Source: an uncultured Dehalococcoidia bacterium (lineage in GTDB: Bacteria; Chloroflexota; Dehalococcoidia; Lucifugimonadales; UBA3495). Taken from it: a stretch of DNA of 64,000 bases. A program made the translations under genes and the position numbers. The notes beneath the pieces are model-generated. The model saw only the letters and a list, made by a program, of their open reading frames with translations, had not been told where the DNA came from and did not search any database. Shown here piece by piece: positions 43,671-52,226 of this stretch. The stretch lies in contig OY282565.1 of assembly GCA_958296445.1 (NCBI GenBank), positions 3,869,570 to 3,933,569 of the forward strand, read 5' to 3'. Position 1 is the first letter of the stretch. Each line of letters opens with the position of its first letter.

Positions 43671-44888
43671 TTATGGTAGGCGTCTGGTTTGGGGGAGGGT
43701 TAGGGCGGTGGTTATGCTGGCTGTGGTTAGGATTGCGCCGTTGATTAGTAGGGCGGTTGGGGCGTTTAGGGTGGCGGCTAGGGCGCCTATGCCTAGGTGG
43801 CCTATGGGGGCTACGCCTATGCTTAGTACCCAGGAGCCCATTGCGCGGCCGCGTTCTGCGTCGGCTACGTTGTCTTGCATTAGGGTTTTGTAGAGGGTGT
43901 CGGCGGCCATGGCGCAGGCGTTTACGAATAGGAGGACGGACAGGAAGGCGTAGATGTTGCCGGATAGCAGGTAGAAGGCCATTTGGCCGCCGCCGAATCC
44001 GATGGCGGCTATGAACATCATTAGCCCTTTTTTGCGGATTGCGCCTAGGGCGGCTAGGATCCAGAGGCCCATTAGGCCGCCGGTTTGGCGGGCGGCGGTC
44101 ATTATGCCTAGTCCTGATGCGCCTACGTTTAGGACGTCTTTGGCGAGTACGGGTAGGAGGGTCATGTGGGTGAAGCCGAATACTTCGGTGCAGGCGGTTA
44201 GGCACATAAGGACTAGGAGGGTGCGGTTGGCGCGGACTAGGCGGAGGTAGCCTTTTAGGTTTTCTAGGACGGGTTCGGCGGATTGGCGGGCGGAGCGGCC
44301 GGGGTTGGCGATGGTTAGGACGATTAGGGCGGAGCCTAGGTAGCAGACGGCGGAGGCTGCGAATTGCCAGCTTGGGCCTAGAAATTCGATTAGGGCGCCG
44401 GAGGCCAGGGAGCCGGCGATGCCGCCGCCTTGCATCGCCATTGCGCCTAGGGCGAGGCCGTTTAGGGCGTGCTGGTGGCCTACGATGTCGTAGGTGAAGG
44501 TTTGGCGGATGGTGATGGTGAAGGCCATTAGGCCGCCTAGTACAGTGACTAGGGCGATTACCAGCCAGACGTTGGTTAGGCCGGCCATTAGCAGTAGGGC
44601 CATTATGAGGGCGGCGGCTACGGCGCCTAGGGTGCCGGCGCGTAGTAGCATCCGGCGTTCCCAGCGGTCGGCTACTACGCCGGAGAGGACGCCCAATAGG
44701 AAAAAGGGCAGCATCCGGGCGGCGGCCGCTACGCCTACCATAAAGGGGGAATCCGTTAGCTCGAAAATTAGCCAGCCTACGGATACCTGTTCCATTCCGG
44801 TGGATAGGGAGTAGAGGACTGTTGAGGCCCAGAGCAGCCGGAAGTCTCTGAAACGGAGGGATGCGGCCCAGTTGCTGATACCGTACAC
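43671..44888 (-). CDS. MFS transporter (EntS/MFS_3-like)
   Basis: 'FRDFRLLWASTVLYSLSTGMEQVSVGWLI', 'GVLSGVVADRWERRMLL', about 12 predicted TM helices. Confidence 0.85.
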   Translation of the reverse strand: MYGISNWAASLRFRDFRLLWASTVLYSLSTGMEQVSVGWLIFELTDSPFMVGVAAAARMLPFFLLGVLSGVVADRWERRMLLRAGTLGAVAAALIMALLLMAGLTNVWLVIALVTVLGGLMAFTITIRQTFTYDIVGHQHALNGLALGAMAMQGGGIAGSLASGALIEFLGPSWQFAASAVCYLGSALIVLTIANPGRSARQSAEPVLENLKGYLRLVRANRTLLVLMCLTACTEVFGFTHMTLLPVLAKDVLNVGASGLGIMTAARQTGGLMGLWILAALGAIRKKGLMMFIAAIGFGGGQMAFYLLSGNIYAFLSVLLFVNACAMAADTLYKTLMQDNVADAERGRAMGSWVLSIGVAPIGHLGIGALAATLNAPTALLINGAILTTASITTALTLPQTRRLP

Positions 44889-45106
44889 GGCGGCCTGATG
44901 GTAGACGTTTTGGGATTTAGCAGATTATTGCCTGAATTTTTATTTGCTGGATTATTGTCTGAATCAGGATTTACCGGATTAAAGGATTTATGGGATGGGG
45001 TGTTTGTCTGGGTTGGGGTTTAGCGGATTATGGGATTTTCTGGATGGGGTGTTTGTCTGAATCAGGATTTGCTGGATTAAGGGATTTACGGGATGGGGAA
45101 ATCCTG

Positions 45107-45525
45107 GGAATTGGCGAGTCCGGTGAATTTTGATTTAGATAACTTGCCGGGGGGACGCCCCCACCCTAACCCTCCCCCGGAGGGGGAGGGGATTTTGTGG
45201 TTTTCGGGGATTATACTCCTGATTATGGGATTGCCGGGTGGGGGTGGTTGGGGAATTGGCGAGTCCGGTGAATTTTGATTTAGATAATTTGCCGGGGGGG
45301 ACGCCCCCACCCTAACCCTCCCCCGGAGGGGGAGGGGATTTTGTGGTTTTCGGGGATTATACTCCTGATTATGGGATTGCCGGGTGGGGGTGGTTGGGGA
45401 ATTGGCGAGTCCGGTGAATTTTTGATTTAGATAATTTGCCGGGGGGGACGCCCCCACTCTAACCCTCCCCCGGAGGGGGAGGGGATTTTGTGGTTTTCTT
45501 GGATTATACTCCTGTTGGCGGGGCG
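45107..45525. repeat. Tandem array, ~145-bp unit x3, each unit containing the family B hairpin
   Basis: The unit start ggaattggcgagtccggtgaatttt is found at 45107, 45252 and 45398. Each unit carries gacgcccccaccctaaccctcccccggagggggaggggatt. Degenerate related repeats extend from 44925 to 45100. Confidence 0.9.
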
Positions 45526-45557
45526 GGGGCTTAGATTGGGGATTGCCGGGGGTTCGG

Positions 45558-47108
45558 ATGAGGTATGATAGCGTTGTTGTTGGGGCGGGGTCGGCTGGGT
45601 GTGTTTTGGCTTGTCGGCTTTCGGAGGATGGGGGGCGGTCGGTGTTGTTGCTGGAGGCGGGGCCGGATTATCCTGATTTGGGGGGGATGCCTGATGAGCT
45701 TAAGTATGATTTGAATCAGGCGGCGTCGGAGGAGGGGGCGGCGCATAATTGGTCTTTGGTTGGGCGGGCTACGCCGGAGCAGCCGGGGTTGTCGCACGTG
45801 GCGCGGGGGCGGGTTACGGGGGGGAGCAGCGCTATCAATCATCAGATTATGTTGCGGGGGCTGCCGGAGGATTTTGACGGGTGGGCGGCGGCGGGCAATG
45901 ATGAGTGGGGGTATGTGAAGACGCTGCCTTATTTCCGGCGGCTGGAACGGGACGCGGATGTGCGGGACGATTTTCATGGTTCGGACGGGCCGGTTCCGGT
46001 GTGGCGTCATTCGCGGGGGGATTGGCTGCCGTTGCAGGAAGCCTTTTACCGGGCTTGTATTGATGCGGGGTTTCCCGATGACCCGGATATGAACCATCCC
46101 GATGCTACGGGGGTGGGGGCTTTTCCGCTGAATAATCCGGGGGGCGTGCGGATGAGTACGGCTTTGACTTATCTGAACGCTTGCCGCCACCGGCTTAATC
46201 TTACGGTGCGGCCTAATGCGCTGGCGCGGCGTATTTTGTTCGGCGGGGCGGCGGATTCGGGGGGTGGGGGGCTGCGGGCTGTTGGGGTTGAGGTTGAGAG
46301 CGGGGGGGAGGTTTTTACGGTTGAGGGGGAGGAGATTATTTTGTGCGCCGGGGCGATAGCGTCGCCGCAATTGCTGATGCTGTCGGGGGTTGGGCCGTCG
46401 GAGCCGCTGCGGGAGCTGGGGATTGCGCCGGTGCATCATTTGCCGGGGGTGGGGCAGAATATGAAGAATCATCCGTCGGTTTCGCTGGTGTTCCGGTCGG
46501 CGGCGGGGCATCATCCGGCGCCGGATGCGCCTAGAAATCAGGTGGGGCTTCGGTTTACGGCGGCGGGTTCGGCGGCGCGGAACGATATACAGGTGCAGCC
46601 TACTACGTCGTACCCGGAAAGTAGGGAGGCGCCGGATATACGTATCGGGTGTCGGCTGGAGCTGCCTTTCAGCAAGGGGGAGCTGCGGCTGGCGTCGGCG
46701 GATGTGGCGGTGCAGCCGGATTTGGATTTCCGGTTTTTGACGGATGCTGAGGACTGCGCCCGGTTTCGGGATGCGGTGCGGCGTTGTGTGCGGCTGTTTG
46801 AGCATCCGGCTTTTGAGGGGCTGCTGGGGGAGCGGCTGGATCCCGGGGACGCCGATTTGGTTGATGATGCGGCGCTGGACGGGTGGCTGCGGCGGAAGGC
46901 GGGTATCGCGGGGCATACGTCGGTGACGTGCCGGATGGGGCCGGTGTCGGATTCGATGGCGGTGGTTGACCAGTATTGCAGGGTTCACGGGGTCGAGGGG
47001 CTGCGGGTGGTTGACGCTTCGGTGATGCCGGAGGTTACGCGGGCGAATACTAACGCGACGGTTATTATGATGGCGGAGCGGGCGGCGGATTTTATTCGGG
47101 GGCGTTGA
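45558..47108 (+). CDS. GMC-family FAD-dependent oxidoreductase (choline dehydrogenase-like), paralog 1
   Basis: 'YDSVVVGAGSAGCVLACRLSED', 'GGSSAINHQIM', C-terminal 'HTSVTCRMG' and 'LRVVDASVMP'. ATG 45558. Confidence 0.9.
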   Translation: MRYDSVVVGAGSAGCVLACRLSEDGGRSVLLLEAGPDYPDLGGMPDELKYDLNQAASEEGAAHNWSLVGRATPEQPGLSHVARGRVTGGSSAINHQIMLRGLPEDFDGWAAAGNDEWGYVKTLPYFRRLERDADVRDDFHGSDGPVPVWRHSRGDWLPLQEAFYRACIDAGFPDDPDMNHPDATGVGAFPLNNPGGVRMSTALTYLNACRHRLNLTVRPNALARRILFGGAADSGGGGLRAVGVEVESGGEVFTVEGEEIILCAGAIASPQLLMLSGVGPSEPLRELGIAPVHHLPGVGQNMKNHPSVSLVFRSAAGHHPAPDAPRNQVGLRFTAAGSAARNDIQVQPTTSYPESREAPDIRIGCRLELPFSKGELRLASADVAVQPDLDFRFLTDAEDCARFRDAVRRCVRLFEHPAFEGLLGERLDPGDADLVDDAALDGWLRRKAGIAGHTSVTCRMGPVSDSMAVVDQYCRVHGVEGLRVVDASVMPEVTRANTNATVIMMAERAADFIRGR

Positions 47109-47118
47109 CGGGGGGGAC

Positions 47119-47158
47119 GGGTTACGCAATGGCGCAATGGCGCAGAGATTTGGAGGGG
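47119..47158 (+). repeat. Family E octamer-repeat motif (gggttacgcaatggcgcaatggcgcagag...)
   Basis: gggttacgcaatggcgcaatggcgcagagatttggagggg, between the two GMC genes. Confidence 0.8.
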
Positions 47159-47163
47159 TTGGT

Positions 47164-48750
47164 ATGAGGTACGATGTTATTGTTGTGGGTGGCGGGGCGG
47201 CCGGGTCGGTGCTGGCTGGGCGGCTGGCGGAGGATCGGGGGACGTCGGTGCTGTTGCTGGAGGCGGGGAAGGATTATCCCGATTTCGGGGGGCTGCCGGA
47301 TGAGGTGAAGTTTGGGGGGACCCGGTTTGCGGAGTCGCCGGATTCGGAACACAATTGGGCTTTGCGGGGGACGATTACCGAGGAGCAGGGGGAGATTCAT
47401 GTTGCTCAGGGTAAGGTGATCGGGGGCGGGTCGTCGATTAACGGGCAGGCGATGCAGCGGGGGTTTCCTGAGGATTTTGATGCTTGGGCCGCTCTGGGCA
47501 ACGATCAGTGGTCTTACGAGAATGTGTTGCCGTTTTACCGGAAAATGGAGCGGGATCTGGATGTTCAGGACGATTTTCACGGGACGGAGGGGCCGATGCC
47601 GGTGCGGCGGCGCCAGTCGGGGCCTTGGCCGGCGATACAGCGGGCGTTTTATGATGCTTGTTTGGGGGCGGGATACGGGGCGACGGAGGATACTAACGGG
47701 GCGAATCCGTCGGGGGTGGGGGTGTCGCCTACGAACAATTTGGACGGGGTGCGGATGAGTGCGGCGCTTACGCATCTGGGGCCGATGCGGCATTGCCTTA
47801 ACCTTACGGTGCGGGGCGAGGTTTATGTGCGCAGGGTGCTTTTCGACGGGGCGCGGGCGGTTGGGGTGGAGGCGGAAAGCGGGGGGGAGGTTTTCACGCT
47901 GGAGGCGTCGCGGGTGGTGTTGAGCGCGGGGGCGATCCGGTCGCCGCAGTTGCTGATGCTGTCGGGGATTGGGCCGAGGGAACAACTGGAGCGGTTCGGG
48001 ATACCCGTAATCCGGGATGTTCCGGGGGTGGGGGGGAATCTTTGGAATCACCTGAGCGCCCATATCAACTTTAAGGTGAAGGACGGGGTTGACCTTTCGC
48101 CGAATATGGACGCGGCGCATTTCGGTTTGCACTATACATCAGGAGGTTCCGGGGAGGGTTCGGGGGAGGTCAACGATATGTTGCTGCGAACCGGCAATGT
48201 GGTTGACGAGCGGGAGGAGCGGGTGCCAGGGGTGCGGACGCGGTATATGACGGGGGATGTGGCGCCGGAGCGGGCGGCGCGGATTTCCTGTACGCTGGGG
48301 CTGCCGGAGGGTTCGGGGTATGTGCGGCTGGCGTCGGCGGATCCGGGGGCGCAGCCGGAGTTCAATTATCGGTATTTGCAGCACCCGGACGATATTCGGC
48401 GGGTGCGGGAGGGGCTGCGGTTTGCGCTGGGGCTGCTGAAGTCGGAGGCGTACCGGGAGGTGCTGGACCGGGTGATCAGCCCGACGGAGGAGGCGCTGGC
48501 GGATGATGATGCGCTGGATTTGTGGATTCGGCAGACGGTGGGGACGGCGCGGCACGTGTCGGGAACCTGCCGGATGGGGCCGGATTCGGATGGGACGGCG
48601 GTGGTTGACCAGCAGTGCCGGGTGAAGGGGGTGCAAGGGCTTTGGGTGGCGGATTCGTCGGTTGTGCCGCGGATTCCGCGGTCGGGGGGGATGCATCCGA
48701 CGGCGCTGATGATTGGGGAGCGGGTGGTGGAGTGGGTTGCGGCGGGTTAG
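47164..48750 (+). CDS. GMC-family FAD-dependent oxidoreductase, paralog 2
   Basis: 'YDVIVVGGGAAGSVLAGRLAED', 'GGGSSINGQAM', 'HVSGTCRMG', 'LWVADSSVVP'. ATG 47164. Confidence 0.9.
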   Translation: MRYDVIVVGGGAAGSVLAGRLAEDRGTSVLLLEAGKDYPDFGGLPDEVKFGGTRFAESPDSEHNWALRGTITEEQGEIHVAQGKVIGGGSSINGQAMQRGFPEDFDAWAALGNDQWSYENVLPFYRKMERDLDVQDDFHGTEGPMPVRRRQSGPWPAIQRAFYDACLGAGYGATEDTNGANPSGVGVSPTNNLDGVRMSAALTHLGPMRHCLNLTVRGEVYVRRVLFDGARAVGVEAESGGEVFTLEASRVVLSAGAIRSPQLLMLSGIGPREQLERFGIPVIRDVPGVGGNLWNHLSAHINFKVKDGVDLSPNMDAAHFGLHYTSGGSGEGSGEVNDMLLRTGNVVDEREERVPGVRTRYMTGDVAPERAARISCTLGLPEGSGYVRLASADPGAQPEFNYRYLQHPDDIRRVREGLRFALGLLKSEAYREVLDRVISPTEEALADDDALDLWIRQTVGTARHVSGTCRMGPDSDGTAVVDQQCRVKGVQGLWVADSSVVPRIPRSGGMHPTALMIGERVVEWVAAG

Positions 48751-48769
48751 GCGGGCCGCCGCGCTTTTT
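48739..48769 (+). terminator. Possible intrinsic terminator after GMC paralog 2
   Basis: gcggcgg (48739-45) pairs with ccgccgc (48756-62), with a 10-nt loop, then gc + ttttt. The T-run abuts the 3' end of the convergent tRNA. Confidence 0.35.
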
Positions 48770-48845
48770 GGTGGGCCTGGATGGACTCGAACCAACGACC
48801 TCGGTCTTATCAGGACCGCGCTCTAACCGCCTGAGCTACAGGCCC
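48769..48845 (-). tRNA. tRNA-Ile (anticodon GAU), CCA encoded
   Basis: Minus strand: gggcctgtagctcaggcggttagagcgcggtcctgataagaccgaggtcgttggttcgagtccatccaggcccacca. 7-bp acceptor stem, D arm gctc/gagc, anticodon loop cuGAUaa, T loop ttcgagt (one U-U mismatch in the T stem). Confidence 0.85.
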
Positions 48846-48881
48846 ACGGGAGGGTACTTGGTTATTGTAACCGTTGGGGAT

Positions 48882-48921
48882 GGGTTACGCAATGGCGCAA
48901 TGGCGCAAAGTTTTGGGGGGG
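48882..48921 (+). repeat. Family E octamer-repeat motif
   Basis: gggttacgcaatggcgcaatggcgcaaagttttggggggg. It is followed at 48948-48975 by a family D hairpin (gggcgcacggctgtgcgcccctacgg). Confidence 0.8.
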
Positions 48922-48984
48922 TTGCGGGATTGTCCGCCGCCGGGGTGGGGGCGCACGGCTGTGCGCCCCTACGGGTTGGTTAGA

Positions 48985-50916
48985 ATGATTGGACAGGGCC
49001 ACAAGACGGGGTTGTATTTTGTTGCTTGTGTTTGCTTGGTTTTGGTGGCGGCGGGGTTGCGCTTTTATGATTTGCCGGGGGGGTCGGTGTGGTATGACGA
49101 GGCGGTTGCGGCGGGTAATTCGGGGGGCGGGCTTTGGGGGGTGGTTGAGAATACCCGGGGGAGGAACTCCTCGCCTTTGCTGTATCCTTTGGCGCTTTGG
49201 GTGGTGCAGAAGGTGGGTGTTTCGGCTTTCAGTATTCGGGTTCTGCCGGCGGCGGCCAGTGTTTTGACTGTGGTTGTGATTTTGTTTTTGTTGCCGCGGC
49301 TGGGGGTGGCGCGATGGGCGGCGTTTTTGGCGGGTCTGCTGGCTACGCTTTCGGCCGCGGCGATATATCACGCTCAGGATGCGCGGGAATACTCTATTGA
49401 TGCGCTGCTGGCGACGCTGATGATTGCGGGGCTTTTGTGGTATTTGCGGGATGGGCGTAAGGGGCTGTTGTGCGTTTCGCTGCTTATTGCGCCGTTGTTG
49501 CAGTATGGTTTGGTGCTGTTCGGTGTTGCGGTGATGGGCGCTGCTGTGCTGCTTACTCCTGTGGCTTTTGCGGCGGGGGAAGGGGATTTCATACATAAGT
49601 CGGGCGTAAGCAGGGCTGGTGACTGGCTTAAGGGGCGCATTGCTTTGGGCTGGCCGGCGGCGTGGTTTCTGGCGGGGTGCGTCATTAGCTACGGGGTGAC
49701 TTTGCGCTATCAGTGGCGAGAAGGGGGCTGGGGATCAGGTGCCTATTTATCGGCGCATTACTATCAGGGAAAATTCGATGTGCTGTCGATATTCGAGTTT
49801 TCGTATGATAGGATTTGGGGTTTATTGGCGTATCATTTGCCGCAAGCCGTTGCTATAGTGGCGGTTGGGGCGTTGGTCATAATGCTGCTGGCATCGCTGA
49901 AGGCGCGGCGGTTTGATGTCATTGTAATTTTGGCACTGGTTGCCGTTGGCATCGCCGTTTTGGCGGCTATTCTGACACTTTATCCTCTTGGCGGGATTCG
50001 CCAAAACCTTTATCTGGGGCCGGTTATTTTTCTGGCCGTTGGGGTCGCCGTTTATTGGATGGCTGATAGCTTGGCGTCGCTTACGGGCCGGGCGTGGCTG
50101 GCTCCGGCGCTGGGGGTTGCGACGGTTGGCGCGATAGTGTTTGCGGGGGTGGGTGATATTCGGCGGGATAGTCCGTATGAGACGCGGCAAAACATAAAAT
50201 CCGTTCTTGCCGTATTGGAAGAACGGGTGGGGGAAGGGGATATAGTTTATGCAGGCGAGGGGGCAGCCCCGTCTATTAAGTTCTATCAAGGAAAAGAGGG
50301 GAGACCGGCCGATTACTACTATGGAACCACTTGGTGCTCGGACTCCGTTGAATCTTGTCTGCGTGAGATAGCCGATTTAGTTGTGTTGCTCCCTGATGCC
50401 CCGAATCGAATTTTCTTGGTACATCACGGCAGATTGGAGGGGTTGGAGGCACTGGGAGAACAGGTTTCGGTTGAGCGTATCATTGTTGGCGGATATTTCG
50501 ATATATCTCTGATTGCGAACATTAAAGAGCCGGTCGAAGGGACGGCCCGTTTCGACTACGAGGAGCTGGCATCCGGCGAACCCGTGATTCGTTCCGGGTT
50601 TGACGTATATCTGAGTGAGAACCGGCTGTTGTATGTTAGGGATGGGTGCGCCCGGGGCGATACGGAGGCGAGGTTTTTTCTTGCCCTGTGGCCGGTTGAT
50701 GGGGATGACCTGCCAGCAGAGCGTAAGCAGTACGGGTTTGACAACCTGGATTTCCATTTCGACGGGCGCGGGGTGATACTTGACGGTAGGTGTATGGCGG
50801 CGGTGGTTCTGCCGGAGTATGATGTTGCCCGCATTAGTACGGGCCAGTTCGTGCGGTCGGTAGGGGGGTTCCGCCACCTTTGGGAGGGGGAGTTTGTTTT
50901 TGGTGGGGGGGAATGA
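48985..50916 (+). CDS. Glycosyltransferase family 39 / ArnT-PMT_2-like membrane protein
   Basis: Start at MIGQGHKTGLYF (ATG 48985); the track extension translates repeats E/D. 'LRFYDLPGGSVWYDEA', 'SSPLLYPLALW', about 10 TM helices, then a soluble C-terminal domain. Confidence 0.75.
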   Translation: MIGQGHKTGLYFVACVCLVLVAAGLRFYDLPGGSVWYDEAVAAGNSGGGLWGVVENTRGRNSSPLLYPLALWVVQKVGVSAFSIRVLPAAASVLTVVVILFLLPRLGVARWAAFLAGLLATLSAAAIYHAQDAREYSIDALLATLMIAGLLWYLRDGRKGLLCVSLLIAPLLQYGLVLFGVAVMGAAVLLTPVAFAAGEGDFIHKSGVSRAGDWLKGRIALGWPAAWFLAGCVISYGVTLRYQWREGGWGSGAYLSAHYYQGKFDVLSIFEFSYDRIWGLLAYHLPQAVAIVAVGALVIMLLASLKARRFDVIVILALVAVGIAVLAAILTLYPLGGIRQNLYLGPVIFLAVGVAVYWMADSLASLTGRAWLAPALGVATVGAIVFAGVGDIRRDSPYETRQNIKSVLAVLEERVGEGDIVYAGEGAAPSIKFYQGKEGRPADYYYGTTWCSDSVESCLREIADLVVLLPDAPNRIFLVHHGRLEGLEALGEQVSVERIIVGGYFDISLIANIKEPVEGTARFDYEELASGEPVIRSGFDVYLSENRLLYVRDGCARGDTEARFFLALWPVDGDDLPAERKQYGFDNLDFHFDGRGVILDGRCMAAVVLPEYDVARISTGQFVRSVGGFRHLWEGEFVFGGGE

Positions 50917-50917
50917 T

Positions 50918-50976
50918 GGGTTGCGCGATGACGCAGAGACGCAATGACGCAATGGCGCAAAGTTTTTTGGTGGGGG
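50918..50976 (+). repeat. Family E octamer-repeat motif (expanded)
   Basis: gggttgcgcgatgacgcagagacgcaatgacgcaatggcgcaaagttttttggtggggg. Confidence 0.8.
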
Positions 50977-52143
50977 TTATTCCGGGTGGTTGGGGATGTC
51001 GGGCGGGGGTGGGCGGCGGGTTATGATGGTTGGGGTTGGGGGGGTGGACGGGTTGGGGGTAGGGGGTAGGGGGTTGGGGAAGCGGAGGGCGCGTACTGGG
51101 TAGCTGATGGTTATGCCTTCCTCGTCGAAGCGGCGGTGGAGTTCGTGGATTAGGGCGGAGCGGAGCTCGAAGCTGGCTAGGCGGTCTTTGGCCTGGACGA
51201 ATAGCCAGAAGTCTATGTTGGATTCTCCGAAGGTGTCGTAGCCGAAATAGGCGCCGTATTCTTTTACTCCGTGGGGGCTGGTTTCTAGCAGGCGGGTCAT
51301 TACGTCCATTGAGACGGCTTCGACGCGGGATAGGTCGCTGTCGTAGCTTACGCCGCAGGTTAGGAATACGTTTACGGGGGGTTCGGGTTCGTAGTAGTTG
51401 GTGATGATGGTTTCGGCGAAGCGGGCGTTGGGGACGACGACTAGGTTGTTGCCCCAGGTTCGGAGGCGGGTGCTGCGCCAGCCTACGTCTAGGACGTAGC
51501 CGGCGACGCCGCCTTCCATTTCGATGTAGTCGCCGGGGGATACTACGCCTTCGGTCATAACGTAGGTGCCGGCGAAAAGGTTGGATAGGGTGGGTCGGAT
51601 GGCTAGGCCGACGGCGACGCCGCCTAGGCCGAGGCCGGCGATGAGGGGGTTGATGGGGATGCCTAGGATGCTTAACACCAGCAGGACGCCTAGGCCGTAG
51701 GTTAGGGTGACTAGGATTCGGCGCACCATCGGGAGCAGGCGCATTTCGACGCCGCGCTTGGGGCGGTGGGTTTGTTGCTCGATGGCCCAGTCTAGGCCGC
51801 GGGAGACTAGGCGGCCCATCAGGACGGTGAATGTGGCGGCGGCGGTGGCCTGGAAGAGCAGGTCTATGGCGTTTCGCACCGGGGGGGAGAAGTTGAAGGC
51901 CAGCACTAGGCTCAGGTAGAGGCCCAGTTGCACGATTCCGGCACTTACCGGCCAGCGGGAGGCGCGGATTAGGATGCCGTCGAGTTCGGTGGGGGTGCGG
52001 TGGGCCAGGCGCATTGCCAGGGGGTAGAGCAGCAGGTGAACGGCGGCGGCGGTTAGGGTGGCGGCGGCCAGCCCGATGGCGGCTAGGGCCAGGCGGGTCC
52101 AGGGTTCGTCGGGGAGTCCGAGCTGGGCCAGGACGAAAGGCAT
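50977..52143 (-). CDS. Mechanosensitive ion channel (MscS family)
   Basis: 'AIRPTLSNLFAGTYVMTEGVVSPGDYIEMEG..GYVLDVGWRSTRLRTWGNNLVVVPN' is the MscS beta-domain signature. Start ATG 52143 (MPFVLAQLG). Confidence 0.85.
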   Translation of the reverse strand: MPFVLAQLGLPDEPWTRLALAAIGLAAATLTAAAVHLLLYPLAMRLAHRTPTELDGILIRASRWPVSAGIVQLGLYLSLVLAFNFSPPVRNAIDLLFQATAAATFTVLMGRLVSRGLDWAIEQQTHRPKRGVEMRLLPMVRRILVTLTYGLGVLLVLSILGIPINPLIAGLGLGGVAVGLAIRPTLSNLFAGTYVMTEGVVSPGDYIEMEGGVAGYVLDVGWRSTRLRTWGNNLVVVPNARFAETIITNYYEPEPPVNVFLTCGVSYDSDLSRVEAVSMDVMTRLLETSPHGVKEYGAYFGYDTFGESNIDFWLFVQAKDRLASFELRSALIHELHRRFDEEGITISYPVRALRFPNPLPPTPNPSTPPTPTIITRRPPPPDIPNHPE

Positions 52144-52175
52144 ACAGGGTTGCTCCGGGGTTGGATTGGCGGGGG

Positions 52176-52216
52176 GACGCTTTGACGCAATGACGCTATG
52201 GCGCAATGACGCTATG
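52176..52216. repeat. Family E-related octamer repeats
   Basis: gacgctttgacgcaatgacgctatggcgcaatgacgctatg, between the mscS start and the sirtuin stop. Confidence 0.7.
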
Positions 52217-52226
52217 TTTCAGGATA

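Noticed and set aside
43023-44205. ORFs 43023..43679 (+) and 43183..44205 (-)
   Set aside because: They translate the 120-bp tandem array (the repetitive peptides GRTAVRPYGVRGRAKI) or are antisense to the MFS gene. They show no start context or motifs.
45107-45525. Possible CRISPR array (145-bp period with palindromic core)
   Set aside because: Same reason: the whole 145-bp units are near-identical, so there are no spacers, and no cas genes are present.
45531-48795. Long minus-strand ORFs (532, 336 and 218 aa) rich in Pro/Arg/His
   Set aside because: They are exactly antisense to the two GMC oxidoreductase genes, have extreme low-complexity composition (PRRRP...) and no motifs. These are typical high-GC antisense artefacts.
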